This document shows, in pieces, positions 21,013 to 39,445 of a stretch of DNA of 64,000 nucleotides. A program made the position numbers and the translations under genes. Source of the stretch: Escherichia phage BP32; the sequence record OR906198.1; one strand, written 5' to 3'. The number at the start of each line of letters is the position of its first letter. Positions within the stretch are counted from its first letter, which is position 1. The notes beneath the pieces were generated by a model. That model did not search any database. It saw only the letters and a program-made list of their open reading frames with translations, and had not been told where the DNA came from.

Positions 21013-21030
21013 AAGGGACCCGAAGGTCCC
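21013..21030 (-). terminator. hairpin agggacc-cgaa-ggtccct downstream of gene 23
   Basis: Stem-loop read directly. Confidence 0.5.
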
Positions 21031-21045
21031 TTAAATCGTCAAAGA

Positions 21046-22611
21046 TTAGATACCTTTAACATATACACGGCGGAAGTAAGCGTTTTTACCAAGGCTATTC
21101 AGAATAGAAGGCATACCGCTTTGAATGCGAGAAGCCGGAGCCTGAGCAGCGGATTCTGCAAATGGGTTGATACCGATACCGTAACGAGTTTTGAATCCCA
21201 TTACTGGTTGGAAGTTCTTCGGATCGGAACCACGCAGCGGAGTCAGAGCTACATATGGAGCATAGTAAATACCAGCATCCATTTCGTTCGGACCTTTATA
21301 ACCTACAGTGAAATAATCCTGTTTAGCATACTGGTCGATATATACACGGTATTTACCACCCAGAACACCAGCAAATACTGACTTGGTAGTATCAGTGTTA
21401 AAGCCGGTAGCCAGACCCTGTGCAGCATAAGAAATGCCAGTATCAACTGAAGCCAGAACGTTAACTACGTTACGGGAAGCGATAATGAAGTTACCTTCAC
21501 CACGACCGGTCTGACGAGCAATTTCAACTGCTTCTTTGTCAATCTGGAACAACAGAGCTTTAAAGGATTCACCCGCCCAGCGAGCACCACGAATATCAAT
21601 CGGATCCTGGAAGTCAAATACACCAGCTTTAGAACCCGGAGTCAGGGTCATACCAGATTTACCAACCTGAGCTGAGTAGTTAATCCAATCAACAACTTCA
21701 CGGTTGATTTCCAGCATGATTTCGGTAGCCAGAATACCAGACAGTTCAGCATCAGCATCCATACCGTGAACAGCGCGGAGGTCTTGTGCTAATTCAATAG
21801 AGTAAGCAGCTTTCAGCTGACGAGATTTAGCTTCGATAACTTGTTTATCGATACGGAAGCCCATTTCATTCCATGGGTTATCGGTAGAACCATTGAAACC
21901 TTCCTGAAGTTCAGCGATAGAAGTAGCCATACCTTCAGCGATTTCTACCAGTACACCAGCTTCCATTTGTTTCTTAATTTCAGCATCTAATTTAGCTGCA
22001 TCAGTTGCGCTTGCATCGATTGTTACTACAGCAGAAGCCTGCAGATACACAGTACCAGTTTCCTGGAAGAAGTGAGTATAGATATCACCTACAACGGTTT
22101 GTGTGCTAGCAGCCAGAGCTGGGAATTTCTTAGCAGCACCCTGACCAGAGAACATTGCATCTGGACCATACATTGGGTGGAATGCTTCTTTAGCGCCGGC
22201 AGCGATTGGGTCTTTACCATATACTGCGCGCAGTGCGAATACCTGACCGGTTGGGCTGTTCATCGGCTGAACACCGCAAATATCGAAAGCAATCAGGTTA
22301 GGAATAGCACGACGTACCATACCCATAACAGCTGGGCCAATCTGAGTTACTGCGCCAGAAGTCTGACCAGCAGCGATGTTAGTAGCGTTGTAACCGTGGT
22401 CACCACCGATTTCAGCTTCTGTTAAGAAAGAACCGAATGCCTGAGCAATTTTTTCGTCTTTGTACTCTGGAGCTGTCTGGAAATCTTTTTCCTGGTTTTC
22501 AAAGATTTTAGCGATAATCGCTTGTTTGCTATTAGCAATTTCCGGTAAACCTTCACCTTCCAGTAATGGCTTCCATTTGTTCAAAAGTTCAGCTTTAGTT
22601 TTGATAGTCAT
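21046..22611 (-). CDS. 23: major capsid protein gp23
   Basis: 521 aa, same as T4 gp23; T4-like codon usage; synteny 22-23-24. Confidence 0.95.
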   Translation of the reverse strand: MTIKTKAELLNKWKPLLEGEGLPEIANSKQAIIAKIFENQEKDFQTAPEYKDEKIAQAFGSFLTEAEIGGDHGYNATNIAAGQTSGAVTQIGPAVMGMVRRAIPNLIAFDICGVQPMNSPTGQVFALRAVYGKDPIAAGAKEAFHPMYGPDAMFSGQGAAKKFPALAASTQTVVGDIYTHFFQETGTVYLQASAVVTIDASATDAAKLDAEIKKQMEAGVLVEIAEGMATSIAELQEGFNGSTDNPWNEMGFRIDKQVIEAKSRQLKAAYSIELAQDLRAVHGMDADAELSGILATEIMLEINREVVDWINYSAQVGKSGMTLTPGSKAGVFDFQDPIDIRGARWAGESFKALLFQIDKEAVEIARQTGRGEGNFIIASRNVVNVLASVDTGISYAAQGLATGFNTDTTKSVFAGVLGGKYRVYIDQYAKQDYFTVGYKGPNEMDAGIYYAPYVALTPLRGSDPKNFQPVMGFKTRYGIGINPFAESAAQAPASRIQSGMPSILNSLGKNAYFRRVYVKGI

Positions 22612-22629
22612 TTGTGTTAACCTTTAAAA

Positions 22630-23439
22630 TTAGAAACGAGATGCGACTTTCGCATATACACTTACAATATCTTCTGCACCAGGTGCAGCTTTATCTTCTA
22701 CAGCTTCAGTGACGAAATTCAGTCCGGCTGCTTCAGTATCAGGAGTATTTATACCCTCAGTAATAGTGCTTTCATCTTTATTAGACTTCTTCACCATTTC
22801 TACGATGGCACTCAATTTATTTGAGAATTCATCTGAATAATCCATACCTTCGACCAGAGCAGAGACTTTTTCTTTTTGAGACTCAGTCAGATCTTTAGTA
22901 CTTTCGCTCAATGCCACTTCACGCTGCACATAATTGATATATGCGTCGCGCATATTGAGTTCTTCGAACAGACGAGCTGATTCTTCTTTATGTTCTTGCA
23001 GCTCTTCTTCCATTTCAGCCACAACATCAACTGATTCTTCTGGAACAACAACGTTGTGTTCAACAAAGAGCTCTTTTAATCCACCAAGCATGGATTCAAA
23101 CAGTTCGGCTTTGATGCCTTTATCAACTGCTAATTTATTTTCAGCGAGCCATTCTTTCGCAAGATGGTCAATGAATTTAGAAGCTTGCTCAGCGATTTTC
23201 TTCTCAGCTTTTTCTTCGGCTTCTTCTTTATTTTTTTCTACTTCTTCTTCTGCTTTTTCAGCAATTTTAGCGATATGAGATTCAGCTAATTTAACGGCGT
23301 GCTGCTTGACGGTAGCTTCGAATACAGTGCCGAAAGTTTCTTTTGCTTCCGGAGAAATATTAACTGATTCGAAAATACTATCAAGAGCAACGGAAGCATC
23401 AATTTTTTGCGCTTCAGCAATCAGTTGTTCTTTAAGCAT
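22630..23439 (-). CDS. 22: prohead core scaffold protein gp22
   Basis: 269 aa; highly acidic, coiled-coil rich; synteny. Confidence 0.82.
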   Translation of the reverse strand: MLKEQLIAEAQKIDASVALDSIFESVNISPEAKETFGTVFEATVKQHAVKLAESHIAKIAEKAEEEVEKNKEEAEEKAEKKIAEQASKFIDHLAKEWLAENKLAVDKGIKAELFESMLGGLKELFVEHNVVVPEESVDVVAEMEEELQEHKEESARLFEELNMRDAYINYVQREVALSESTKDLTESQKEKVSALVEGMDYSDEFSNKLSAIVEMVKKSNKDESTITEGINTPDTEAAGLNFVTEAVEDKAAPGAEDIVSVYAKVASRF

Positions 23440-23469
23440 TTTGTAGTCCTGTTGTTTAGATAATAATAT

Positions 23470-24108
23470 TTATAACGCTTTTTTCATGGCCTCTGCGAGA
23501 GCCATATAGGCGTCATCGGCACTTGTATCGGCTTCCGCCGTCTGTGATTCGGTAATTTCCTTAGGAGTTACCCATGCATCTGGAGCACTTGGACCCCATA
23601 CTGCATCAACACCTACAGTTAATTTGAATCCTTCGTTTACGATACGATAACCTTTATTTGTGTCAGTCAATGAACCTAATCCACGAGAAGAAACTCCTGG
23701 AATCCATCCGGCACGAATATTAGCTGCTAATTTATCTCCAGGACCGTGGTCACCTTCAATAACACGAGCTCGTCCGTATACGTCATTTCCTTTCCACCAC
23801 ATATCTTCTATAATGATAGCGGCTTGCATCGGGTCAACATTAGCGCGTGGAGGATGATTTAATTCTCCGAGAGCTTGTTTAGTTAAAACTTGCTCATTAA
23901 TATAGTCTTTTACCGCTTTTTCTAATATGCGTTTTGGATAAAGACGTTTATTTCTATTGACGACTTCTGCTTGCATGAATATTCCTTCGATGTATAAACC
24001 AGGTTTTAAACCTAAGTCTTTTCCATCGTGGGATTCAAGCATTGGCACACCATCAATAATTTCGCCAGGTTGACCCCAAGTTTCAATTAGTAATTGGGGT
24101 TCATTCAT
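23470..24108 (-). CDS. 21: prohead core protease gp21
   Basis: 212 aa, same as T4 gp21; synteny. Confidence 0.85.
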   Translation of the reverse strand: MNEPQLLIETWGQPGEIIDGVPMLESHDGKDLGLKPGLYIEGIFMQAEVVNRNKRLYPKRILEKAVKDYINEQVLTKQALGELNHPPRANVDPMQAAIIIEDMWWKGNDVYGRARVIEGDHGPGDKLAANIRAGWIPGVSSRGLGSLTDTNKGYRIVNEGFKLTVGVDAVWGPSAPDAWVTPKEITESQTAEADTSADDAYMALAEAMKKAL

Positions 24109-24533
24109 TAGCTTAATCCTAATGCTTTACGGCGTTTAAGAGCTTTTTTACGCTTACGCTGAGCACGAGATTGACCTGCTGGATTGGCAATCTTCGTTTT
24201 GGTAGCTTTGCGAGCAATTTGTCTACGTTTTGCTTTAGACAGCCCAGTGGTTTGAAATGCATTACGTTCGCGTGTTTTGCGGTCTTTAGTACGTGTAATT
24301 TCACCACGAGCTGAAACATGCTTAACAATGAATTCATTTAACGGCATATTTTCATTAATAGAAGCTAATGCAACTGCTAAATCAGTTTCATCATCAAGCA
24401 TATTCTCGATAATTGTATTTATATCGTCTTTATTTAAAGCAGAAGACAATTCGTCAAAGCGACCCTGTGCTTCAGGAATAAGTGCTTCGACATTCTCGAG
24501 AACTAATTCATGAGTTTCAGGGATCAGAAGCAT
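24108..24533 (-). CDS. 68: prohead core protein gp68
   Basis: 141 aa, same as T4 gp68; basic C-terminus. Confidence 0.7.
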   Translation of the reverse strand: MLLIPETHELVLENVEALIPEAQGRFDELSSALNKDDINTIIENMLDDETDLAVALASINENMPLNEFIVKHVSARGEITRTKDRKTRERNAFQTTGLSKAKRRQIARKATKTKIANPAGQSRAQRKRKKALKRRKALGLS

Positions 24534-24777
24534 TATTCATCATCCTCGTCTTCGTCATCTTCATCAGAGTCTTTGTCTTTTTTGTCTTCTTTATCATCAC
24601 TATCTTCGTCTTCATCATCCTCGTCTTCAGGTTCTTCACCTTCGATTAAGAAATTACGAGCGATAGCGATTTTTTCTTCTTTAATTAAATCAATCGTTCT
24701 TGCAGCCATGGCTTCAGCAAATAATTTACGAGCGGCTACGAGGTCGTTTGATTTAATAGCTTCAATTAAACCTTCCA

Positions 24778-24778
<1 letters not shown>
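24533..24778 (-). CDS. 67: prohead core protein gp67
   Basis: 81 aa with poly-acidic tail; synteny. Confidence 0.7.
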
Positions 24779-26403
<1,625 letters not shown>

Positions 26404-26435
26404 TTAAGCAGGATGGGGATTTCTCCCCATTCATT

Positions 26436-26927
26436 TTATTCCCAATAATCGAGAGCGAGAGTTACTTCAAAGGTTTGGATTTCATTGTTTGAATCCCAAT
26501 CTAACTGAAGTTCACCCACGTTAGTAGGCCACAGGCCTTTAATTTCGACTTCTTTTGTTACAGTTTTAGCGTCACGAGCATATTGGCGTACAATAGCACT
26601 CTTTTTATACTCTGCTGGTTTTCCACCAGTAATTTCGTTTCCTTGCCCAGCAGCAATGCTTTGCCAATCAACAAACTTCTGACGTGCATCATGCGCCTCA
26701 TCATTCATTACTGTAATAGTCCAGTCATCGAATGTACGATCGCCTGCTACGTTAATTTTACGGTTCATAAATCCGACTGGAATTTTTTCTACAATACCAG
26801 CTGGTAAAGCAGTGGCTTTACATTGAAACGTAAAATTTTGTCCAAGATAAGAAATTTCTACTTGGAATAAGTTAGGTCGAGCAAAATCACCAGATTCAAA
26901 CGCTCGTGTTACATCATCTACAAACAT
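26436..26927 (-). CDS. 19: tail tube protein gp19
   Basis: 163 aa, same as T4 gp19. Confidence 0.88.
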   Translation of the reverse strand: MFVDDVTRAFESGDFARPNLFQVEISYLGQNFTFQCKATALPAGIVEKIPVGFMNRKINVAGDRTFDDWTITVMNDEAHDARQKFVDWQSIAAGQGNEITGGKPAEYKKSAIVRQYARDAKTVTKEVEIKGLWPTNVGELQLDWDSNNEIQTFEVTLALDYWE

Positions 26928-26941
26928 ATTAGCCTCTGTAG

Positions 26942-26949
26942 TATTTATA
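26942..26949 (-). promoter_or_regulatory. late promoter TATAAATA (minus) upstream of gene 19
   Basis: TATTTATA on plus strand 15 nt upstream of the gene 19 start. Confidence 0.5.
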
Positions 26950-27000
26950 TCCCTATGTTTAACCTAGGGCATATAGAATTAAAGAATTAAGGATATAGTG

Positions 27001-27008
27001 TATTTATA
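27001..27008 (-). promoter_or_regulatory. second late promoter TATAAATA (minus) upstream of gene 19
   Basis: TATTTATA on plus strand, just downstream (minus sense) of the gene 18 hairpin. Confidence 0.4.
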
Positions 27009-27009
27009 T

Positions 27010-27030
27010 GGCCTGCCGAAACAGGCCTTT
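27010..27030 (-). terminator. hairpin ggcctg-ccgaaa-caggcc downstream of gene 18
   Basis: Stem-loop plus T-run read directly. Confidence 0.45.
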
Positions 27031-27043
27031 AGAATGCACCGTA

Positions 27044-29023
27044 TTAACCTGCAAGACCAGTTAACTCATCGAAATCTGCACCAGTAGCAGTTGCTACGAA
27101 GTTCAAGGTAATGTAGTTAATGCTTCTAGCCGGTTGGATGTAGAATGTTGCAACAAACTCATTTCTATCAATTACTGACGGAGTGTTATTTGTTGTATCG
27201 CAAACTACACGATATTCATAAATTCCACCGAGAGCTTTAATTCCCTGTAAGTATTGGGCAGTTTCTGTGCGGAATGATGAACGAGTAAACGCGTTGTTTA
27301 ATTCGAACAAACGATATTTTGAACTACGTCCGATATTCGTTTTCAACATATTAAACAGACGACGAACGTTAATACGATCAAATGGAGAAGGAACAGAAGT
27401 AGCTGTTTTATCACCATATAATACGTAACCATCACCACCTGTACCAGTTACTGGGTTGATAGCTTCTTGGTATAAACGGTCGCGCTGAGCTTGGCGAGTT
27501 TCAATAGCAAGTTTAATAACGTTAAGAATCTGGCCGCGATTATAACCAGCTGGAGACATCCAAGTCTGAGAAACGTTATCGGTTCTTGCACATAAACCGG
27601 CAATATCAGCTGCTAATGGAACCCAACGATTTACATCATTATATTTGTCATACTGATATTTGTAGTTACCATCAATTGCTGCGTAGGTTGAACTGATATT
27701 AAAGTTATTATCAGTGTATGAACCTGTTGCGGTTCTCCAATTGACTAAGTTATCAACAGCGCGAGTTACAGGAATTCCAACTACAGTTTCGCGCGGTGGT
27801 GAGCACAATACTAAGCAATCCTGGCGAGCATCCCCAATTGAAACGACGTGTTTTTGGACAGTAGATGCTGTTTCTAAAGATTCACCGGCACAAGAACCCG
27901 CAATAAACAACTGAACGTCAACAGATTCACGGTCAGCAAAGAAGTCCCAGGCTTCCATCAAATCTCCTACTGTTACTTCAGCATTTGATGATAATCCACC
28001 AGACAGAGTTAAAATTCCGGAGAAGCCTTCTGGCCAGTTTTGTGCAGTTGCGAAAATATATTCTGAACCGCCTTTTGCGAAAAAGTCATCAATGTAGATG
28101 TTACTATCGTAAATATCTTTTTCACCACGCTTTGTTGAAAGAACAACGCTTTGAACAATAGCATCATTACGACGAACTATAATAGCGTATTGCGAATCAG
28201 TTTGTGGTCCATATCCAAACACTGCCTTAGCAGTAGATGCGCGTGTTCCGCCACCTGGATAAATTGGGAGTAATGCAGAAGCTCCTTTTGCGTAGTCAGC
28301 TTTAGATACGATTTCGATTTCGATTTTATCGCCCAACTCGCCTGGATAAAGAGCTACTACTCCTGGAATTCCATATTTTTCGAGATTTGTTTGAAATTCA
28401 ACTGCTGTCATAGCAGCTTCAGCATTTTCAATCTCAGCTAATAAAATACCGGAATCAGTAATAATTTTTCCAAGAGTTATTACTGCAGCTAAACCAGATG
28501 AAGACGAAGAAATTTCCGCGGTCCAGTTAGAACCTAATGCTGGATATTCACCGACTTCTTTCGCTTTAGCGATAATTTTTGCAGTAGGAATATTAATTTT
28601 CTTAATTTTTCCATCAGCATCTACTTCGGTAATTTTACCTTCCGTTTCAATGTCTTCTGAAACATACTTAACTGTGATTTTATCTCCAACCGCGTAGTTA
28701 CTACCTGGGGTAGAAATAGTGTATTCAATATTACCAGCAATCGGAGATGAGTTTTTAGCGGTATCTCTATCGACAGCGCGTACAACTCGCAAATCATTTC
28801 CATATTGTAAGAAATTCATTGCAGACATAAAATAGTCAGCAGTTTCAGCTGTAGGTTGACCAAAAGTATTAACTAAATCTACTTCATTTGTAACCTGTTT
28901 GATCTGAAAAGCAGGACCCCACTGGAATTTACCGGCCAAAGCTGCTGTACCAGTAGAGTTATTAACCACGGTGCTTTGAACCGTAGTTTCTTTGAGCTCA
29001 ATGCCCGGAGATAATAAAGTCAT
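27044..29023 (-). CDS. 18: tail sheath protein gp18
   Basis: 659 aa, same as T4 gp18. Confidence 0.92.
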   Translation of the reverse strand: MTLLSPGIELKETTVQSTVVNNSTGTAALAGKFQWGPAFQIKQVTNEVDLVNTFGQPTAETADYFMSAMNFLQYGNDLRVVRAVDRDTAKNSSPIAGNIEYTISTPGSNYAVGDKITVKYVSEDIETEGKITEVDADGKIKKINIPTAKIIAKAKEVGEYPALGSNWTAEISSSSSGLAAVITLGKIITDSGILLAEIENAEAAMTAVEFQTNLEKYGIPGVVALYPGELGDKIEIEIVSKADYAKGASALLPIYPGGGTRASTAKAVFGYGPQTDSQYAIIVRRNDAIVQSVVLSTKRGEKDIYDSNIYIDDFFAKGGSEYIFATAQNWPEGFSGILTLSGGLSSNAEVTVGDLMEAWDFFADRESVDVQLFIAGSCAGESLETASTVQKHVVSIGDARQDCLVLCSPPRETVVGIPVTRAVDNLVNWRTATGSYTDNNFNISSTYAAIDGNYKYQYDKYNDVNRWVPLAADIAGLCARTDNVSQTWMSPAGYNRGQILNVIKLAIETRQAQRDRLYQEAINPVTGTGGDGYVLYGDKTATSVPSPFDRINVRRLFNMLKTNIGRSSKYRLFELNNAFTRSSFRTETAQYLQGIKALGGIYEYRVVCDTTNNTPSVIDRNEFVATFYIQPARSINYITLNFVATATGADFDELTGLAG

Positions 29024-29051
29024 TTTTAATCCTCTTTAATATGCTTTAATA

Positions 29052-32192
<3,141 letters not shown>

Positions 32193-32233
32193 GATTTCTC
32201 CTAATCTGGGCTTTAATTAGTTTATAATATTTA

Positions 32234-33935
<1,702 letters not shown>

Positions 33936-33946
33936 TTAAAATCCTT

Positions 33947-33962
33947 TGGGGCCTTGCGGCCC
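33947..33962 (-). terminator. hairpin ggggcc-ttgc-ggcccc downstream of wac
   Basis: GC-rich perfect stem read directly. Confidence 0.5.
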
Positions 33963-33966
33963 CATG

Positions 33967-35424
33967 TTATGCTGGTGATAAAAAGGTAGAAAGTAATACC
34001 CATTCGCCGTCTTTACGAACGTAAGCTTGGCCATCTTTTGGAGCTTCAGGGATATAACCTGCTTCCTGTAAAGTCTGAACATCCCCCTGTAATGAAGATA
34101 CATTACTTTTAATACTACGCATTTCTTGATTAATAGAAGAAATGTTAGTTTCATTAGCTTTTATTGAATTAGTTAATCCGCGCTCTTCTACTGTTGAACC
34201 ATTTGGATTTGTGCCGCTTACTAGTTTATTTAGTGCAACAACTTGGCCTTTAATTCCAGTAGTGTTATTACCAATTTCAACTTGTAAGTTTTGAACATCA
34301 TTGTTCAGTCTATTAACTGAAGTTTCAACAGTTGAAACCCTATTTAAAAGAGACCCAGGAGGAGAAGGCTGACCTCCACTAGAATCAGTTCCAACGATTT
34401 GGTTTAGCCATGAAACGTTTGCTCGTAGTCCAGATGAAGTGTTTTCACCAACAATTCCATTTAAAAACTCAATTGATGTGGTATTATCTTTAATTTGACC
34501 TTTAATACTAGAAGGAATATCATCTGAGCCAATCGACGTTTCAATGACAGTCAATCGTTGTTTAATACCTCCGCTTTTATTTAGTTCATCATTTAAAGCT
34601 GAAATTTCTTGTGTATTAGTGTTAACATCTGTGATTATTGAAGTATTTCCTGGATATCCAATAGAAGTTTTGATAGATTTAATTTCGGAACTAAGATTAA
34701 TTTGAGATTGATCTAAATTATGCACACGTGAATATATGCTTTCACTGAATGAAGATGGTCTTTGTCCAAGTTCTTGTCTAAGATTTCCGACTTCAATTGT
34801 CAGTGAACCTACATCAGATTCAATAAATTTTTCTTCCAAATCACTTAGACGTATTCCTTGGGAAGTTATAGCATCTGTATTATTAATGATGCGGTGCTTC
34901 ATACCCGTGCTGCTATTTCCTACAACAGGAAGACCATTAATGTCTTGCCCAGCATATTGTCCTAATTCCCTTTTAATCCATAACAAATCATTTCTAATCG
35001 TTCTATAAACTGAATTTGCTTGCGAATTAAATGGACCAATATCAGAAAGAATATTATCAACCGTAGTATTTGTACCATTTAATATATCAGTATGTTCATT
35101 CGTGAGTGTCTTTAAATTTGATATATCATTTTTATTAACACTGATCTGTGATAGCGCTTCTATATCTCCTGATACATCTAAAATGCCTTGAATGGTTTTA
35201 ATATCTTCCTGAGATGTTTCAATGGCAGTTTTAAGAATTCCTACATTTTCGTCGAGAACCTCGACATTTTTAAACACAGAAACAGTTGGTCTATTCATTG
35301 ACCCATCGTTTCCATACTTAGTACTAGCTCCTAATATTTCTTCACCATTTTTAATCCATGAAATACGTTCCTGACCTTCGCCAGGAACGCTATCAACAAA
35401 AGGTAACTCTTTTAATTCAATCAT
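33967..35424 (-). CDS. wac: fibritin (whisker antigen control)
   Basis: 485 aa; C-terminal foldon [27 protein letters not shown]; coiled-coil body. Confidence 0.92.
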   Translation of the reverse strand: MIELKELPFVDSVPGEGQERISWIKNGEEILGASTKYGNDGSMNRPTVSVFKNVEVLDENVGILKTAIETSQEDIKTIQGILDVSGDIEALSQISVNKNDISNLKTLTNEHTDILNGTNTTVDNILSDIGPFNSQANSVYRTIRNDLLWIKRELGQYAGQDINGLPVVGNSSTGMKHRIINNTDAITSQGIRLSDLEEKFIESDVGSLTIEVGNLRQELGQRPSSFSESIYSRVHNLDQSQINLSSEIKSIKTSIGYPGNTSIITDVNTNTQEISALNDELNKSGGIKQRLTVIETSIGSDDIPSSIKGQIKDNTTSIEFLNGIVGENTSSGLRANVSWLNQIVGTDSSGGQPSPPGSLLNRVSTVETSVNRLNNDVQNLQVEIGNNTTGIKGQVVALNKLVSGTNPNGSTVEERGLTNSIKANETNISSINQEMRSIKSNVSSLQGDVQTLQEAGYIPEAPKDGQAYVRKDGEWVLLSTFLSPA

Positions 35425-35433
35425 TTGTAATCC

Positions 35434-36984
35434 TTAGTAATGAATTTTAATAATATAGTTTAATGATATATTCCATGGTCTAGTTTCATAACCAATTAAT
35501 CCTTCACGATTAAGTGTACCAAGGGCATCTCTCGGTCCACCCAATTCAAATCCATCATTAGTGAAGTATGAAGCATTATCCCAGTCGGAATATTTTCTAG
35601 TTCCAAGATATCCTTGATAAACGGACGCGCCAAATGGAGCTTCATGTCTTTGGTATTCTCCCCAACCACCAGCGTGTTTATGGTATGACATTTGTTGTGC
35701 CTGAACACCACCAACATGCATTCCGTCACATCCTACGCCAAGTCTATCCTTCCCATAACCATCTTGTCCACGTTGATTTAAAATATGACCGCCCGTGCCA
35801 GCTCCTCTAACAAAAAGACCTCTCATATCAGGAATCCCTGGATTATTCCAATCACCACCAAATCTTGCTCCAACCGTGTTTCTATAATCAGGATATTGAT
35901 CTCCTGACACGGTTCCGCCGTGGCACATAACCCAACCCGGAGGTGCTGAATCACCTGCAAACATCATAATAGTTCCAACTGGAACTCTTTCGGACGCATA
36001 TCTTTCAGTGGCAACAGGTTGATCGCCATTTTTCCACATTCCGCCGCGCGACCAAATTCCGTTTGCTGTAAGATGGTCTAAATTTAAAGAACCATTAATA
36101 GTTTGTCCACCACGAGTATTAATTACATCTGCGTTCCATGCTAATGCACCAGAGCTATCACCTTCAGGGGCAATACCGGCTTGCGTCGTTAATTTAACTA
36201 CTCCGCGCATAGAACCAGTAGCTCCTCGACCATTTAGTGTTTCACCTGTTACTGCAACATCTCCCAAATTACTGTTAATTTCTGATTGTGTTCCTAAACG
36301 TATAACACCCTTATATTCTTGTGTTGCAACAGAATTCATAAAGGTATACGGAGAAATTGCATATCCTTCGCGGAGAGTTCCTTGACGAGTTTGCGCAACA
36401 GTAGATAATTGAACTACACCTCTCACAGATTCTGATGCAGTATCTTCGGAAGGAGCTATTTGTGAAATTAATTTTATTGCAAGTTTTTGTGTTTTTAATG
36501 GAGTCATTGCCGTAGTATCATCAACTCCAGCTAAAGCTGCAGGTGTAGATGATATTTTAATAACCCCGTTTGATGACTCAGACGAATATCTATTTTGGAA
36601 CACATCGTCAGTGTGGTATTTCAGTTTTTGCGGCGTTATTGATGAATTATTATCTGAACCTTCTAATGTTTCTTCATTTGTTGAATAACGCGTTAAACCA
36701 TATTTAGTTTCAGTAGCATTTGGATACAATAATCTTGTTGCTAATGTAGCTGGTGTAACGATTTTGGAATTATTAGTTCCATCTAAAACCTCTTGCTCTG
36801 ACGCAATCATTGCTATTCCTTTAACTTCCATAGTTGCATCAGGAATACCATTTACGCCGATATTACTTATTTTTGATAATGCAGACTGCACTGTCGTGAC
36901 AGTGTCAGGAAAATTCGATCCTGCAGGATCGAATTTAACATATTTTGATTCATTTGATACGTGCTGATATGTATTGTTACTCAT
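35434..36984 (-). CDS. 12: short tail fibre protein gp12
   Basis: 516 aa; position between wac and gene 11. Confidence 0.85.
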   Translation of the reverse strand: MSNNTYQHVSNESKYVKFDPAGSNFPDTVTTVQSALSKISNIGVNGIPDATMEVKGIAMIASEQEVLDGTNNSKIVTPATLATRLLYPNATETKYGLTRYSTNEETLEGSDNNSSITPQKLKYHTDDVFQNRYSSESSNGVIKISSTPAALAGVDDTTAMTPLKTQKLAIKLISQIAPSEDTASESVRGVVQLSTVAQTRQGTLREGYAISPYTFMNSVATQEYKGVIRLGTQSEINSNLGDVAVTGETLNGRGATGSMRGVVKLTTQAGIAPEGDSSGALAWNADVINTRGGQTINGSLNLDHLTANGIWSRGGMWKNGDQPVATERYASERVPVGTIMMFAGDSAPPGWVMCHGGTVSGDQYPDYRNTVGARFGGDWNNPGIPDMRGLFVRGAGTGGHILNQRGQDGYGKDRLGVGCDGMHVGGVQAQQMSYHKHAGGWGEYQRHEAPFGASVYQGYLGTRKYSDWDNASYFTNDGFELGGPRDALGTLNREGLIGYETRPWNISLNYIIKIHY

Positions 36985-37658
36985 GCTATTCTCTCAAAAT
37001 AATAAAATACCGTAGGTTGTGTGTGACTATCTAGCGTGACAGTTTGCGCACCTAATAATTGCCAAGTTCCGTATCCAGGTTTAGAAGGAGAAATTATTTC
37101 TTGTTTGAAAGTAATTCCTTTATCAGAGTATTGTTCTAAGATATGTTCTTGGTTATCTAAATACTTAACTTGTATTTTATTTCCTATGGTAGGATGGTCT
37201 TCAAATGAATCAATTGCAATAAATTTTGCAACCATTTCCTGCAGAGCTGTTCTAACGGCACTGGTAAATTCGATTGAAGTCATTCCGTTAGTAGCTTTAA
37301 CTGGAATACCAAACATGTTAACAATAACTGGGTCACCTGGTTTGGCTGAAGTATCATTGACAGTTCCTTCAAATGACCAATAGTCTGTTTGCTGCACGCC
37401 AGTAGGAGATACACCGCTTATATTAACTAATACAGCTCCAACTTGTTGCTCTGCCATATTTCTAACATCATTGATAGCAGATTCTACATTTGGGTCATAA
37501 AACCCTTTTGCTATTTGTGAAATTGTTACAGCGCCTACTGGCTGATTATTCATAACCGAAATATCATTTTTCTTAGTTCTAAAACCAAGAAAATCTGCTA
37601 AGCGGGAAATAACTCCCGCTTTATTATTAAGTAAACTCATTATGCAATCCTTATCCAA
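36981..37658 (-). CDS. 11: baseplate wedge protein gp11
   Basis: 225 aa; synteny. Confidence 0.8.
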   Translation of the reverse strand: MDKDCIMSLLNNKAGVISRLADFLGFRTKKNDISVMNNQPVGAVTISQIAKGFYDPNVESAINDVRNMAEQQVGAVLVNISGVSPTGVQQTDYWSFEGTVNDTSAKPGDPVIVNMFGIPVKATNGMTSIEFTSAVRTALQEMVAKFIAIDSFEDHPTIGNKIQVKYLDNQEHILEQYSDKGITFKQEIISPSKPGYGTWQLLGAQTVTLDSHTQPTVFYYFERIA

Positions 37659-39445
37659 CGGTATACAGTAATAGACGGTTGAATATTACTAATATTAGCA
37701 GGAGGAGTATGTGAAGAGTTTGTTGTTGCGTAATCTTCACGGTATTTTGTATATATAGGACCAGTTTCATCTGGGTCATATTGGCAACCTCCAATAATAA
37801 CTGATCCGTTTTCGTCTTCAATTAAAACTCTTTCATCGGTTTTAGTCGCAGGAAGATTTGCGTTTTCAAGCGTTACTGATGTTGTTCCAACTGTTCCACC
37901 GGCAGTATGTGAAGGATTTCCGCTAGAATCTAAATCATTATTGTTTAAAGCAAAGTTTGGATCCGTAACATCATCATTCCATCCTACTAAAACTTGTCCT
38001 TTACCAAATAATTTCCATGAACCAAATCCCATATAAGTCACCGGATTATTTGGATTTATAGCATTTTCATAAATTGAACCAACAGGATAAATGCTGTCGA
38101 AAATAGATGATATTGAATTATACATTCTAGTATAAGAATCAACTTTTTCAACATTTGGCCAACCGATTTTATCAAAATCTGTTAAGGCTACATCACCAGT
38201 AACTTCGGTAGATGATCCTTTGCTAACATAACGGTCATCCGTTAATTCAATAATGTCATCTTTTTCTAAAAGAGTTCCTAAATCATTATTGAACCACGTT
38301 ATAACGATTATATCACCTGATTCAAATTTTCTATCAAATAAAAGACTGGTAGGTTTTCCATCTTCATATTCTATAGAATAATCTGTGTTTGATTCTTTCC
38401 ATTCACCACCAAGAGATATACAACCTTCTCGCGTATCTGAACTAGCGCCTTCACACAAAAACAGAGGATATCCAGCGGTTCCAGCCTGCTGCTGTAAAAT
38501 TCCATTAAAACGAACCTCAAGAGAATTAGGATTAATGGGTTCACCAGGAATTAATCCAAATGCAGAAAATGGAATTGATTTCATCGCCGATAAATCAGTA
38601 ACATAAATGCTTCCTTCTAAAGAAGTCTTTGATGTTAGTTTTGAATCTAGTACTTTTATTTGGCGTCTTGTATATGAACTTCTCCATTGTGATACACCAT
38701 CCATAAATGTTTCAATTTGAACGGTGTCACCAATATTACAAGGCTGTCTTAATCGAATATTAAATCCATCAAGAGGAACTAATTCGCCTTCATTTTCGCC
38801 CGGAGAGCCAAAGTCACTATTTTCGCTAAATACATCACCGTAATACAATTCGTTACCACGATGTTTTACTCTGATGTTATTGACATTATAACTAGTTCCA
38901 TTGAAAACATCTAAAAAGTCTGTTTGCCCTTGAACTTCGACTAAAAATTCTTTGCGAGCTACATTACTAATATCTGAACTAATAATTTTGTCAATTTGTT
39001 TATTTTTGACATATTCCCAACGTCCTGGAGCGCAATAAACGAGCTCTAAATCACTAAATTGAATATTAATTTCAACTGACGATGACGACCCTTTAATTGT
39101 ATCTCCGGAAGCAGCTACTAAAGTAACTGGATTGATGTTCCATGTAGCGAATACATCCCTGGCTCTAATTACCTTGTTGTAATCATTGACAGTTCCTTTA
39201 GGAAGTTGTAGAGTTACTCTTCCAGAAGAGGTATTAATAGCGTATGATTTTCCCCATTCTGCCGTTAGTGTTTGACCAGATGAAGCATCATAAGTTTTCC
39301 AGGCACCGGCTGAATATGGAACATCTCCATCACCAAGTTCATAATAAAGCTCATCAAAGTTTTCATTTATTTTTATACCACCTTTACGCAGGTAGTCACC
39401 GGTACCATCATCAACAACATTACCGATATTAATATTTTGTTTCAT
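37640..39445 (-). CDS. 10: baseplate wedge protein gp10
   Basis: 601 aa; synteny. Confidence 0.82.
   Translation of the reverse strand: MKQNINIGNVVDDGTGDYLRKGGIKINENFDELYYELGDGDVPYSAGAWKTYDASSGQTLTAEWGKSYAINTSSGRVTLQLPKGTVNDYNKVIRARDVFATWNINPVTLVAASGDTIKGSSSSVEINIQFSDLELVYCAPGRWEYVKNKQIDKIISSDISNVARKEFLVEVQGQTDFLDVFNGTSYNVNNIRVKHRGNELYYGDVFSENSDFGSPGENEGELVPLDGFNIRLRQPCNIGDTVQIETFMDGVSQWRSSYTRRQIKVLDSKLTSKTSLEGSIYVTDLSAMKSIPFSAFGLIPGEPINPNSLEVRFNGILQQQAGTAGYPLFLCEGASSDTREGCISLGGEWKESNTDYSIEYEDGKPTSLLFDRKFESGDIIVITWFNNDLGTLLEKDDIIELTDDRYVSKGSSTEVTGDVALTDFDKIGWPNVEKVDSYTRMYNSISSIFDSIYPVGSIYENAINPNNPVTYMGFGSWKLFGKGQVLVGWNDDVTDPNFALNNNDLDSSGNPSHTAGGTVGTTSVTLENANLPATKTDERVLIEDENGSVIIGGCQYDPDETGPIYTKYREDYATTNSSHTPPANISNIQPSITVYRWIRIA

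Noticed and set aside
22072-23278. Plus-strand ORFs inside genes 23 and 22 (22072-22425, 22934-23278)
   Set aside because: Antisense to highly expressed capsid and scaffold genes, no RBS; typical six-frame noise
33936-34154. 72-aa minus-strand ORF between gene 13 and wac
   Set aside because: Lies in another frame within the 3' end of wac, whose foldon-encoding end is unambiguous; the terminator hairpin sits inside it
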